DNA of 64,000 nt, from IMG/VR virus record IMGVR_UViG_3300029258_002750, positions 62,001-126,000 of that record, one strand, 5' to 3'. Both the position numbers and the translations under genes were made by a program. The notes under the pieces are model-generated. The model had not been told where the DNA came from. It ran no database searches and saw only the letters and a list, made by a program, of their open reading frames with translations. Shown here piece by piece: positions 49,830 through 61,614 of the stretch. Each line of letters begins with the position of its first letter. Within the stretch, counting starts at the first letter, position 1.

Positions 49830-52800
49830 GTTTCCGTTTTACCCGGTTGAACCGACTCGCGTCCCGGTGCTTCTGGCGATGTCGGCGAGCCGATCGACGG
49901 CCGATCTTTCCCGAACGGTCACATCGTAGGCGGGCAAGGTGCGATTGTCCCAGTCGACCGTCCACTTGTAGGCCGCTGGGTCCAGTTGCGCGTGGTCGCG
50001 GCAGTAGCGATCGACGGCCGCCTCGATCTGCTCACGCTCCTCGCGGCTGCCGTGTCTGGCGATGTAGTTATCGACCGCGATGCCCCGCGCGATCTGCAAG
50101 CAGTTCTGGCGGATCTCTTCGAGCGTCCAGGGGCTACTCACGTGGTGCTCCGCACGGCGGGTGGCAGAGCGGGAAGCACTGGCAGCGGCGGCGGAATCTC
50201 TTGCGGCCGACCTCGGCGAGCCGGTCGACGACCGATAGCTCGGAGAACTCGGTCACGACCTTGAGCTTCCTTCGCAGTGAACGCTTGGTGATGTCTCGCC
50301 GCTTGCGGCCAAACACCCCCGGCTTCCCGACCGCCTCGAGCACCTCTTTCAGGTCTTCTACCTGTTCGGCCGAGAGTTTCCGCAGGTTGATGGTCATGGG
50401 GATGTAGAGGCTGGCGTACACGAGAGCGGCCAGCTCTGTCTTCCCCAGCTCCTTCGCACGGTGCCAGACGACCCACGTCTGCCGCTCGGTCAGTCGGATC
50501 GACCACTTAGCCATCGGCCAGGTCCGCCAGCTGATCCACAGCCGACCGTTCCGCGAAGCTGAGGCTGATCCTGTTCCGGTCCGGTAGGACCGTGCAGTGG
50601 ACCTCGTAGCGCCTGCGGATTTTCGGCAGCATCATCTCGATCGCCTGCTCGACCGCCTCGTGCACCTTGTCGATCAACTCGTGGCTGATGTTCTCGAACA
50701 TGAACGCGCGGAGGGTCGTCTCGACGGCCGAGAAGATCTCCTCGGGAGGGTAGGGCATCTCGGGACCGGCGTTCGTCAGATGGATGTTGATCCAGTCACT
50801 CACTGGCCGTCTTCCCCACCAGTGCGAGCAGGTCCACGATGTTGATCGCCTGCACATCCACATCGCTGGCTGTCGTGAGGATCGGCGGATTCTTGACGCC
50901 CATCGCCATGAAGAACTGCATCAGCTCCTCGCCGATCGCGTTGACAGTGTCCGGCTCGTAGCGGTCCGGGTCGAACTGGACCCACAGGACCATGCCCGGC
51001 TTCCACTCGATCGTGGTGAGTTGCCGCACCGGCTCCCGGAGCATCGCATTCCGCTCGGCCTGCTCCAGGTGCCGCATCCAACGGCGGTTCCACAGGAAGA
51101 CGATGAGCATCATCACGCCCGTGCAGCCGATCACCACATACGTACAGATGGTCATCGGGCTACGACCAGGTACCTTACCAGGTCGCCCAGCCTGTCGATC
51201 GCTGACAGCTTCTTCAGCCGGTCGATGTGCACATCTTCGAGCTGTCGGCCGTCGTCCATCTCGACCAGCCATTTCTCGAGGTTGGGCTCGTCCGAACCGC
51301 GCCTGAGCAGCGGGTGTGAGACGAGCGTTCCCCGCTCGCAGTCGAGGAGCACCCGGTCTCCGGCCGACCAGCCGTGGGCCGACTCGCGGCGGCGGCGCAC
51401 GTAGCGGAGCCACTTCCACGTCGGCCAGACGCCGAACACGGCCGCAGCAAAGCCCATCGCCCAGAACTCCCAGTTGCTCCACCAGTGGCCGAGTAGCCAC
51501 TTCTCGAGGGTCGATAGGGCGAAGATGATCAACATGCTCAGGTCGATGATGAGCGCGATTCGGGTCCAGAATCCCATGCTTACGTTCTACCCGGCCAGCT
51601 CGCCCAGTCGCTCGACCGCGCTCGTGTTGTTGTAGTCGTGGACCGCCTCTGCGAGCAGGTTGAAGTCCCAGCCCGGCGACCAGCGGTGCAACCACCGGAA
51701 GAACGCGGCGATCTCGATCAGCTCTTTGGGCGAGAAGACCCAGACCCGGCTCATGTTGATCGCGTGACCGCCGCGCAGGTCTTCGAGTAGCCTCTCGACA
51801 CCGGGCACGACGACCTCGGGTGGCGTGTAGTAGTGCTCCTCCCGGAGGATCACACTCCGCTGGGCATCGGTAAGCGCCAGCATGTGCGGCGCCAGCAGCT
51901 CGCGCGCCTGCTCTTCGGTCATGTCAGCTGGGTCGAGCGGCATCGTATAGCTCCCCCAGCCGAACCACGGCCGACCTCGGTCGGATCCAGTGGGCCGAGA
52001 GCATCTGCGGATCGTGCGGCGGCCGGTCCTCGCCCTCCTCCAGCACGTAATCCAGGTAGTAGAAGATGGTCTGGCCGTAGGCCCCATAGCGCGCGACGTG
52101 TGTGACCCGGCAGAGGTAGCGCAGGGACGGATCGTCCTTGCGCGGGTGCAGCCAGACTGGATCGCCCTCCGCGAACTCTGGCTCGGGGACCTCGAACGTG
52201 GGCGGGCTGAACGTCATCCCGGCGTGCTTCTCGGGATTGCAGCGGTTGCAGTTACAGATCACGCTCGGCTATCTCCCCCAGACGTTCTACCGCGCTCCTC
52301 TCCTCGTAGAGCTTCCATCTCGCCTTGTGCAGTCCGCCGATGTGGTCGTGGCCTGGTCCGTGTTCCGTGGCCTTGACCCGTCCGGTACGCGAGTCCCACA
52401 CCTGGTTCCACGGGATGATCTTCTGGCAGGGTTGACCGGGCTCGGCCATGCAGCGCGGGCAGCGGTGCTGCTTCGCGCGCTCGTGCCTGAGCCTGCGCAG
52501 CTCATTCGCGTCCGGCACGCTCGGACAATCTTCCCAGGGTGCTGATGATCTCGACCTCACGCAGATCGCACTCGGCTACCTGGATTCGCACGCCGTTGAT
52601 CTCAGTTCCGTACCAGAACCGGAACCGATCGGTGAAGGCAAACCAGACGTCGTCGATCTTGGTGACGAGCACCTTGTTCGCTCCCTTGTGCTCCGCGTAG
52701 TCGCCGATCTTGAAGCGGCTCTTCGGCGCCTCGTGGCCAGGCAGGCACGTGCACGTGTCGCGACCGTTGTGGATGAGCCGTTGTCGGCCCAGGTAGCAGA

Positions 52801-52841
52801 TCTCTCCCGGACAGTCTTCGCAGAGGAACAGGACGAACTCG

Positions 52842-53093
52842 TCAGCCATCGAGCCGCTCCCGGCCGCGCTTCTTCTTGAGCTTCGCCTCCACTCGCTGCG
52901 CCTCGCTGCGCGAGCCCAGGGGTCCGTGCACGCGCGCGAGCTTCCAGGGCCGACCTACTCGTGTCGCCTTCGCGCCCCCCGGCCGGGAACCATTGTGCTC
53001 TTCCAGTCTCCGGTCGACGTTCACGCACGAGCCGACGTACGTCCGCGATGAGTCGGCGCTGACCAAGACATAGACGAACCAGGCTTCACTCAT
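52842..53093 (-). CDS. GIY-YIG nuclease (SLX1/UPF0213-like)
   Basis: FVYVL...TYVG..VDRRLEEHNG..GGAKATR.GRPW...SEAQRVE. Confidence 0.88.
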   Translation of the reverse strand: MSEAWFVYVLVSADSSRTYVGSCVNVDRRLEEHNGSRPGGAKATRVGRPWKLARVHGPLGSRSEAQRVEAKLKKKRGRERLDG

Positions 53094-56000
53094 CGGCCAG
53101 TTCCGCGAGCATGTCCACGGCGCTTGGCGCGCAACGGTCGCAGCACCAAGAATTGCGCAGGATCCATCCTCGCCGCCGCGCGGCGTCGAGCAGTCGGGCT
53201 ACCGCATCATGGAACGCGCCTTCTTCCTCCGGGTAGTCGTAGAACTCCGATAGGCCGAGCCGCGCCAAGCACTTACGGCACTCGATCATTGGCTGGACCT
53301 GGTGACTGCTACTCACGAACCAGATCCCCCAGTTGATCGACAGCGGGCGCGGGCCGGATGTAGTTGAAGTTGCCTGGTGCGTAGCCGACCTTGTGGTGCT
53401 TCTCTCCCGTCTCGACGATGCGGAAGTCGAACTTGCTGCCGTTGATTCGGAGGATGATGGCCTTGTGCCACGTGTCGCTGAAGTCTCGCTTCGCTCGGTC
53501 CCACAACCGGACCTCGATGCTGTCGCCCGGCCGGTAGAAGACGCCCTTGTTCTTCTTCCGCGCTTGCGCGTGCCGCCACTTCTTCCGCTTACCCATACGT
53601 CAGCTCCCCGAGCCGCGTGATCGCGTCGTCGCAGGGACGAAGGGACGTCACGTGGTAGGAGCGCGATCGACCGTGGCGGCGCGGCTGGTTCGGGTAGATC
53701 CACCGGACGAAGACGCGTTGAGGGTCCTTGCGCTCGTAGCGTTGGACGACCCCGTGTTGGTGACGGTGCCGCATCGCGACCGTGTTGATGATCACGCGCT
53801 CGCCGACCTCCGGCCTCCACCTATCCACTGAGGAACTCCATCAGGATTGCGGCCAGCACGACGCCTGCCACGACGCCCCACAGGAACGCTTTCGTTCGCC
53901 CGCGCGCGTACCCCGCGTTGTAGGCGGCCGGGTGCTTCGCCTGAAGGTGCCAGTGCACCTGGTCGATAGCCTGGGTCGGCCAGAACAGGAAGCAGCCGCG
54001 CGGCTTGAACTCGGGCAGGTCTTCGATCTCCTTCTTGTAGTCTTCCTGTGGATCGTTCACAGGAGATCCTCTGCGAGCGAGCCGAGCGCGTCGATGGCTT
54101 TGCCGTCTTCGATGAGTTTGTCGCGATAGCGCAGCTTCGCCTGTATCTCGCTGATCATCCGCGTGAAGCGCGCCGCCGAGGCCGCCGAGAGCCCACACAG
54201 ATTGAGACAGATGTGCGTGTCGCTGTCCTCCGGCAGCGAGAGTTGGGCGTTGCACTCGGGGCAGCGCCACCGGGAGAGCGCGCCGTCGAGAAGCAGCACG
54301 TCGCTCATCTCGTCGTCCCAGCGCGCGGGCTTCATGTTGACGTGGGGGACGCCTCCGATCGTGCAGTAGCCGATGATCATCGGTCGGTCTCCCATCCCAT
54401 CAGCGGCTCCCACTCTTGGGTCCGGTAGTCCACGAGCCATTTGCAGCCGTAGCAGATGATGAAGAAGCTGCCGACGCGATCCGTTTCGCCCTCGTGCTTG
54501 CACTCCCGGAAGCGCGCGAGACTCTCCTCGAACTTCCCGAGGTTCGCCAGCGTGTCGATCGCGCTGCTCTTCGTGTTCTTCGCCCTGGCGCGCCAGTAGT
54601 CCTCGCCGCTCTTGATCGTGTCGTGTTCAGCCATCGCTCTCGTCCTCTTCCGCGTCCTCGAGCACGCGCGCGATGTCGCCCAGGAGCGTGATCGTGTCCA
54701 TCTTCATGAGGAACTGCGGGCCGAGCATCGTGGTCTTCCCGCGCTGTGGGCCGGTCGTCCAGCGAACGTGGACCGACCAGCAGCCGCCGTACTTGGAGCA
54801 CGACTCGACGCGGGCCGTGAACCGGCCCGCCTCACCGCCGTCGCCGTCGCCCATCGCGACGCGGAAGGTCTGGCCCTTCTTGAACGGTGGATTGTCGCCG
54901 TAGATGAGCGCGCGCCGAGCTGCCTCGTCGTCGCGAGCTTTCTCAACCTCGCGCTTCATCCGCTTCAGCACGGCGTCCGGGTCGTCGCTGGAGCTGTGCC
55001 TATACACAGATCCCCTCCGCATCGAAGAACTCGTTGTGCGCGCCCAGCCAGCTGAGGTGGTTGGTCGTGGTCGCGAAGCCCATGCACCAGCCGTTCGGCG
55101 GAACGGACGGGTGCCTGGCATCGCCTGTGTGCTTGCCGTGCTCGTAGGTCAGGCGGCGGCACTTCCCCCAGTTGGAGCACGAGCCGGGGATGAAGCTGAT
55201 GCAGGTCCGACAGGTCGGCAGCACGCGGAACTTGGCGTCTCGCAGAGCTTGGAGCTTGTTCGGATCAGGCATCGTCGTCTTCCAGCAGCGTCACGTCGTC
55301 AGCCCAGAACCAGCCGATGTCGCCCTCGTCCTCGGAGAACCTGACGAGGTACATCTTGTCGGTCGAGTTGTAGTCAACGACGTCGCCGACGACGGCAACG
55401 CCGTCCATCTCGACGCGCACTCGCCCTCTCATGGGTCACCAGTCCTGCTAGCTGCTCGATCGCACCGGCCAGCTCGACGTTGCAGATGCCCTTGTCGATC
55501 TTCTGCCTGCCGACGCGCACGCGGCAGAAGTACCATGGCTCCTCCCCTACCAGGAAGAACTCGAAGATCCGACCGCGCAGTCGGCTTCCGCCCAGCGTCT
55601 CGAACTCGACCAGGGACCCGATGCTGAGGCCCCGGCTCTCCTTGATCAGCGCGACCTCGGAAGAGTCGGCGGAGAGCTTGATGCGGCGGGGTTGCTTCAT
55701 GCTCCCGTTCTTCATGCTCCCGTTCTACCCGGGATCGGCGACGATCTCTCCGAGCAGTTCCACGGCCGAGAGCGGCTCGATCTCGAACTGCGTGACCCAG
55801 AACCGGACCGCCTCGCCGTCGAGAACGACGTCGGAACGGATGTAGTAGGCCGGGCTGCTCCCGTCGCTCCATCGGTGAGGGTCGATGGCCTCGATGGTCC
55901 CTCGCCTCGGCCCGTCCTCAATGTGGTAGATCACCCGGTCGCCGATCCTCACAGCAGTGCCCCGAGCCGCGTGACCGCGTCGGCCTCGACCCAGTAGTCG

Positions 56001-57910
56001 TCCAAACTGACGAACGTCTGGATCTTCAGCCGCAAGTCCCGCGCGATCCACCACAAGGTCTCGTCGCATATCGCGTCTGGATCTCTCCCGCCGTGGTACT
56101 GGCCGAAGCACTCCTCGACCGTAGCCGGGCGCGTCAGTTGGACGAGTCTGCGGCCGGTTCCCACGAGCAGCAGTCCTGGTTCCGGCTCGATCACGCGGCC
56201 ACCAGACTACCCAGCTGATCGACCGCGTCGAGCGCCTCGACCGCGCGCACGTCCACGAACGTGCAGACCTCCATCAGGTCGTCGTCCCAGGCAATGTCGA
56301 GGGAGCGGGGCCGCTTGTCCTTGTCCCACGAGCGGATGCACTTGATCGTTCCTGCGCGCGCGAGACCCCGGGTCGTGCGAACACGGACGCCTGTCGCGAG
56401 CGCGAGCTTCATCGCTGGCTCGCGATCAGCCGGATCAAACTGTTGGTCAGCCACTCGAATTCGGTCTGGCCGCTCTCCATCCACTGCTTGGCCACGCGGC
56501 GTATCTCGTTGCAGCGCGCCTGGGCCTGCGAGAACTCGCCGGGGTCGGACGCGCGGCCGACGATGTTCGCGGCCTGCTGCTTGTGCGCGGCCACGTGGTG
56601 GCCGATGCACGCGGGAGTGATTTGGACCGAGTCCCAGAAGAGCCCCCACGTGAGCTGATCGACTCCCGGCTCGGTCGGCATGGCCCAGACCTCGGGCGCG
56701 ACCAGGAGCATGGTGAGTCGAATGTCCAGCTCGCGGTTCTTCATCACTATCGTTCTACCCCGCCTGGCTATCTGTCCATCTCGTAGAGAGAAAGGGTGAG
56801 CAGCTCGAAGCCCTCCTCGAGCCGGTCGTACTCGGTGCGCCGATCCTCGCGGAACTCCTCCTCGACCTCCCTCCAGGCTGCCAGGAGGCCCGGGTCGACC
56901 ACGGGAAGGGCCGTCAGGCCGCCGGAGAGCGTCTCAGGCGAACGATCGTCGGCCGGATGGGTAACGAGACCTCGCTCGATCAAACCGGCCGTCTCCGGGG
57001 CCGAGAGGAGCTTGTCGAACCTCCGGGGGTCCGGGGGCGGGCTCCTATCGAGCCGGAAGGGCCGACCGATCAGGGCCAGGTCGTTGCGGGACAAGGCGTC
57101 TCGCAGGTCCAGCTCGCGCAAGTCGTTGATTCCCAGGATGTTCACTTCTGCCTCCTCGCCAGGTCTGCCATCAGGTCGATGGCGGTGTTCTCTCTCAGAA
57201 TGAGGCCCGGGAGCCACCCGGTCGCGCTCGGGCAGTCGGGGTCTCGGACCTCGATAAGACCGTCGCCCACTTCGCCCGTGCCGCGCAGCACCAGGCCCGC
57301 AGACCAATAGGGCGGGTCGAGGGCCGGGTCTCCATCTTCGGCCCACCAGTCGGCGGTCAGGGTGTAGTCGGTCACGCTACTCCGCCGTCGAGACGTAGTG
57401 GGGAGCGAGCAGGTCGCGCGCGGCGTCGAAGAGAAACCGGGTCGCGGCGAGCCGCGTCTCCGGCGTGGCCGACTCCTTGGAGCCGGACGGGTACTTGACC
57501 GAGCGGTACTCCTCGTATCGCTCGGGCGCGGCGGCCCTCAGCAGCGAGCGGAACTGCTCGCGGGCCTGGGCGCAGATCACCGCGCCGACCGTGATCGGCT
57601 GGATTCCGTCATCGGTGATCTTGTCGTTGACGATTTGGTTCAGATCGAACTGGCTCATGGGTTCCCTTCCTAGCGCAGCACCACAACGCTGCGCGTGCTC
57701 TCGAAGTCGTCCTCCCTGACCTCTTCCTCGACCACGACATCGCAGCCGAAGTAGTCGGACCGGCCGACCTGCTCCACCGACACGCTGCGCACCTCGGGCG
57801 CGATCGTGGTGTGGCAGTAGTCCCGCGCGTCGTGTCCGAAGTGGATCGTGGCGTCGGCGGGCATTGTCTTGAGCAGGTTGATCAGTTCGTTGCGGGTCAT
57901 GGTTGTCTCC

Positions 57911-57947
57911 TTCCGTCTCTCTCAACAACACCGACTCCTGTTCTCAC
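57911..57947 (-). promoter_or_regulatory. Conserved leader element, copy 3 of 3
   Basis: gtgagaac-aggagtcg-gtgttgttgagagagacggaagga upstream of ATG 57900. Confidence 0.55.
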
Positions 57948-57980
57948 GACCTTTTCCTAAGTGGCCGTGAGGCCAGGGGT

Positions 57981-58078
57981 TGGTGGGTCTCGATTCCGGT
58001 AGGGTCCGGCCCTCATCGGGGCTGGTTGGGGGGAAGCCGAGCGTGGTGGGTCTCGGTTCCTGTAGGGACCCCGCCTCA
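57981..58078. repeat. 35-bp imperfect direct repeat, two copies 63 bp apart
   Basis: tggtgggtctcgattccggtagggtccggccctca versus tggtgggtctcggttcctgtagggaccccgcctca. Confidence 0.7.
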
Positions 58079-58492
58079 CGCGTGACCTCGCTCTCGTACG
58101 AGCTTGCCGACCAGCTCGCGGTCGGGGTTTTCGCCGAGCTGGCGCATGACTGCTCGCCACGTCGGCCCGTGTTGGACCGGCCCACGACCGTTCATCTTCG
58201 CGTGAGCGTCGGCGATCAGGTGCGCGACCTCGTGAACGACCAGGTGGTAGCGCTCGTCGAGACTCAGCTGGTTCCACCAGTAGCGGTAGAGCTTGATCCG
58301 GCCGATCCAGTGGACGCACGGGATCACGCGCACGTCCAGCTGTGCGCTTCCCATCACATCCCACGCGTCCGGGTCAGGGTCGAAGAACTGGATGTCGAGC
58401 CCGATGTGGCCGAGCTTGTAGAGACCGAGCGCGGCGCGCGCGATCTCGGCGGCCCACCGGACCTGCTCGGTCCAGTGCTCGTGGTTTCTCAT
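58076..58492 (-). CDS. SprT-like zinc metalloprotease
   Basis: VVHEVAH...HGPTWRAVMRQLG. Confidence 0.8.
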   Translation of the reverse strand: MRNHEHWTEQVRWAAEIARAALGLYKLGHIGLDIQFFDPDPDAWDVMGSAQLDVRVIPCVHWIGRIKLYRYWWNQLSLDERYHLVVHEVAHLIADAHAKMNGRGPVQHGPTWRAVMRQLGENPDRELVGKLVRERGHA

Positions 58493-58516
58493 GTTGGGTT
58501 ACGGAAGAAGTCGGCC

Positions 58517-58640
58517 GGATCTTTCGGCTCTATCCAGTAACGAAGCGGGGCGAGAAAGCCTTAGAGGCTCCCTCGCCCTGTCTGCCTCGTCCGCCCGGAT
58601 CTCTTGCCTCATACCCAGTAACGAATCGGCGTGAGGAAGT
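58517..58640. repeat. About 42-bp imperfect direct repeat, period about 80 bp, intergenic
   Basis: ggatct...ccagtaacgaa...gagaaag / ggatct...ccagtaacgaa...gaggaag. Confidence 0.6.
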
Positions 58641-58666
58641 CTTACGGCTCGGCCGGAATTTTCTTC

Positions 58667-59314
58667 TTAGCGCCTACCGCAGCAGCGCTTGTGCTTCTTG
58701 CCGCTGCCGCACCAGCAGGGGTCGTTGCGGCCGATCTTGTTGAAGCCGCGCCGGAAGGTGCGAACCGTGCGGAAGAACCTCTCGGCGTGCCCCTCCGATG
58801 CCATCGCCTGCTGCCAGCCGAGCGAGGTGAGCGAGAGCCGAGCGTGGAACGACCGGAACGACTCGGAGTGGCCCTCGGTCGGTGACAGCTCGTTGATGGT
58901 CTCGACGACGTTCTTGTCCTCGTGAGCGTGAAGCGCGCGCGCGAGGGCCAGGTCGAGCGCGATCATCGCCGGTGCGTCGGTCTCCACCATCGTGTTCGGC
59001 TGCTCGCCATCCTTGACCACCACGAGCGCGGCGGCGAGCGCGCGCGTGCTGTCGAGCGATGGCGGAGTCCGCTTGACGGGCTGCGTGAAGTGACCCTCTA
59101 TGCGGCGGTGCCGGTCCGGGTCACCGCAGACGTCGTCGATCTCACGCACGGCCGACTCGATCGCGGTCGGGTGCAGCTCTAGTATGGTCTCCAGAACCTC
59201 GGCCGCGAGCCGGTCGATCTCGACATAGAAGCTCTTCGTGTCGCAGTGGAAGCCGTGGCGAGCCGCGTTACGGATCAGCGCTTTGACATCGTCGCTTGGC
59301 TCTTCGTAGGCCAT
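58667..59314 (-). CDS. SEC-C motif protein
   Basis: KIGRNDPCWCGSGKKHKRCCG. Confidence 0.85.
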   Translation of the reverse strand: MAYEEPSDDVKALIRNAARHGFHCDTKSFYVEIDRLAAEVLETILELHPTAIESAVREIDDVCGDPDRHRRIEGHFTQPVKRTPPSLDSTRALAAALVVVKDGEQPNTMVETDAPAMIALDLALARALHAHEDKNVVETINELSPTEGHSESFRSFHARLSLTSLGWQQAMASEGHAERFFRTVRTFRRGFNKIGRNDPCWCGSGKKHKRCCGRR

Positions 59315-61020
59315 GCCCTTGTTCTACCTGTCCTTCACCTCCATCCTCCTGGCTACGTTGGCGAGTCGGTCGATCGCGGTCACGCCAGCTGACTCGGACA
59401 GGGCATCGACGCGGTGACGAAACTGATTCGCCAGCCGCTTGTCTCCTCGGCGTCGCGCCCAGCTCTCCGCTCGCTTGCACAGCTCGCGCAGCCGCTTGAA
59501 GCGCGGCAGGTCGAAGCTGACCATGTTCACGTGGTCGGGCGAGAGCTTCACTGCCCACCCGTTCATGTTCTTGGCGCCGAACGCGAGCGCGCGGTGCACG
59601 GCCCATACGGGGTTCACGACATTCAGCTCGTGGTTCTTGCCAACGATCTTCGGGTTCCAGTCCTTAGCGATCTGGTACGTCTCGCGGTCGAGGTGGAGCA
59701 GGATCACACAGTGGCGCTGAGTGAGGGTTGTAGTACGCGGTGGTGTGGGGGTGCCCATCGCTCACTTCCGGTTAGTGGCGATGGTCTCTCTCAGCTCTGG
59801 TAGCCCGATCTTTGGCGGGTCGACGGTCGCGTGATACTCAAGAAGCGCCAGGCACAAGGATACGAGGCCGGTGGCGATCTCGTCCTCGTCGGCCATTCGT
59901 CCGCCGATAGTGCCCAGTTGGTTGCGGAGCGCGTTGATCTCGCGGCGATTCCCTTCGTCGAGTTTCACGAGGCACTTTGTCGAGTGATCGAGCGGCTTGC
60001 CGACGCGCTCGACCTTGCCGCCCTTGGCCCATCGTCGCCACGTTGCCAGGGAGCACTTGCGCTCGTGCCGACCGTTTTGAACCGAGTAGACGACCGTTCC
60101 CAGGGCCGTCACGTACTCGACGCAGCGCTCGTTCTTGCCCACCCGCACGACATCGAGGAGCTGCGGGGTCACACGAGGGTCGCGGTCGGGCATGGTTACC
60201 TCCGACCGCGTTTCTACCTCAATCTACCGACACATCCCCCACTTCTTCCCAGACGAGCGCGCCGAGCCGATCGACGGCGCTAAGTGACGCCGCGAAGGCG
60301 GCTCGGAGCGCTTCCCAGGCGGCCTCCCGTCGCTTGGGTCGCCTGATCCTGCCATCCCACAGGTCGGCGCCGACATCGAATCTCGGCTCCTCGGACCGGC
60401 GCTTCACGTTGATCGCGACGTGGGGGAGTACGATCCGGGCGATACCCGCGCTGGTGGGCTTGTTGTTCAAGTAGGTCCAGCTGTGCCAGACGACCGTGGT
60501 TCCGTGTGGGTCGGCGACCGCGACTGCGAGCTGCGTCCAGTAGGCGGTGGCCTCGTAACGCTGCCTGCTGGATGTTCGCGAACAGGCGGCCAGCGCCGAC
60601 CACTTCCGGTTGCGCTTGATCTTCTTCCCTCGCTTCTTCTGTGCCCGCTGGCCGAGCTTCATCGGGTCGAACCGATCGCACTCGGCGATCCTGTGTGCCG
60701 ACCGGGAGCCCGGCCCGCTCGTGCGTTGGTCCGGCGGCGTGTCGAGGTAGATGACCTTGATCATGCCAGCTCCCCCAGCTTGTCGATCACGTTCTTCGGC
60801 TCGACCGGCTCCCAGTTCTTCCAGTTGCCGAACTCGGCCTCCTCGCGAGTCGTGGAGAACAGCGCGTCATGCCCGACCGCCGAACGAGTCCGGCACCAGC
60901 GCACGGCATGGCGCGCGGTCTCCCACGAGCCGCGAACGAAGTAGTAGTTCCACGTCCCGTAAGCCTTGGTGCGTCGGATGACCAGGCCGATCCTGCTCTC
61001 GGCTAGCGCCTCGTCCAGCG

Positions 61021-61614
61021 TCACTTCGGCCTTCCGCAGCATCGTTTGTGCTTCTTCCCAGAACCACAGGCGCAGCGCTCGTTGCGGCCCTGCTTGGAGT
61101 AGAAGTTCCGGTAGGTTCCAGCTGACTTCCTGACTATGTCGAAGTGCCCATCGGTCACGTCGCCCTGATTCAGGGCGGCGGCCGTCGCGCATACCCTAGT
61201 CCACCACTCAGTGAAGGACCACTTGTGGTCCTCGTTGGGTGCGATAGCGTTCACACGCCGTTCGCATTCGGCTCCCGTACCGAACGCCGCCTGAACAGCG
61301 TGGGCCACTACGGCGAAGTGGGTAGTGCTCATTGGTCTGCTGGCTACCGTGTCGTGCACGTTGCAGAGCGCGTCCAGATGCTCCCACACGTCAGACTCGT
61401 CGATGTCGAATTCGGTGAACTGGTGGAGCTTCTCTCGTACAGCCTGTCTTGTCTCGTCCTCGGCGTTGCGCAGGAGCGCCTGGAGCATCGCCGACGCTGA
61501 CGGGTCGATCTCGACATCCCACACGTTCTCGGATCGATCGAGATGGAAGCACAGTCGTGCGGCGGCCCGTCGTACCTGTCGGTCGATGTCCCTCATGCCG
61601 AACTCTCTCGACAA
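61021..61614 (-). CDS. SEC-C motif protein
   Basis: QGRNERCACGSGKKHKRCCG. Confidence 0.8.
   Translation of the reverse strand: MSREFGMRDIDRQVRRAAARLCFHLDRSENVWDVEIDPSASAMLQALLRNAEDETRQAVREKLHQFTEFDIDESDVWEHLDALCNVHDTVASRPMSTTHFAVVAHAVQAAFGTGAECERRVNAIAPNEDHKWSFTEWWTRVCATAAALNQGDVTDGHFDIVRKSAGTYRNFYSKQGRNERCACGSGKKHKRCCGRPK

Noticed and set aside
57981-58078. Repeat units end in ...CCACCA on the minus strand, like tRNA 3' ends
   Set aside because: No T-arm (GTTCGA) or cloverleaf; not tRNA
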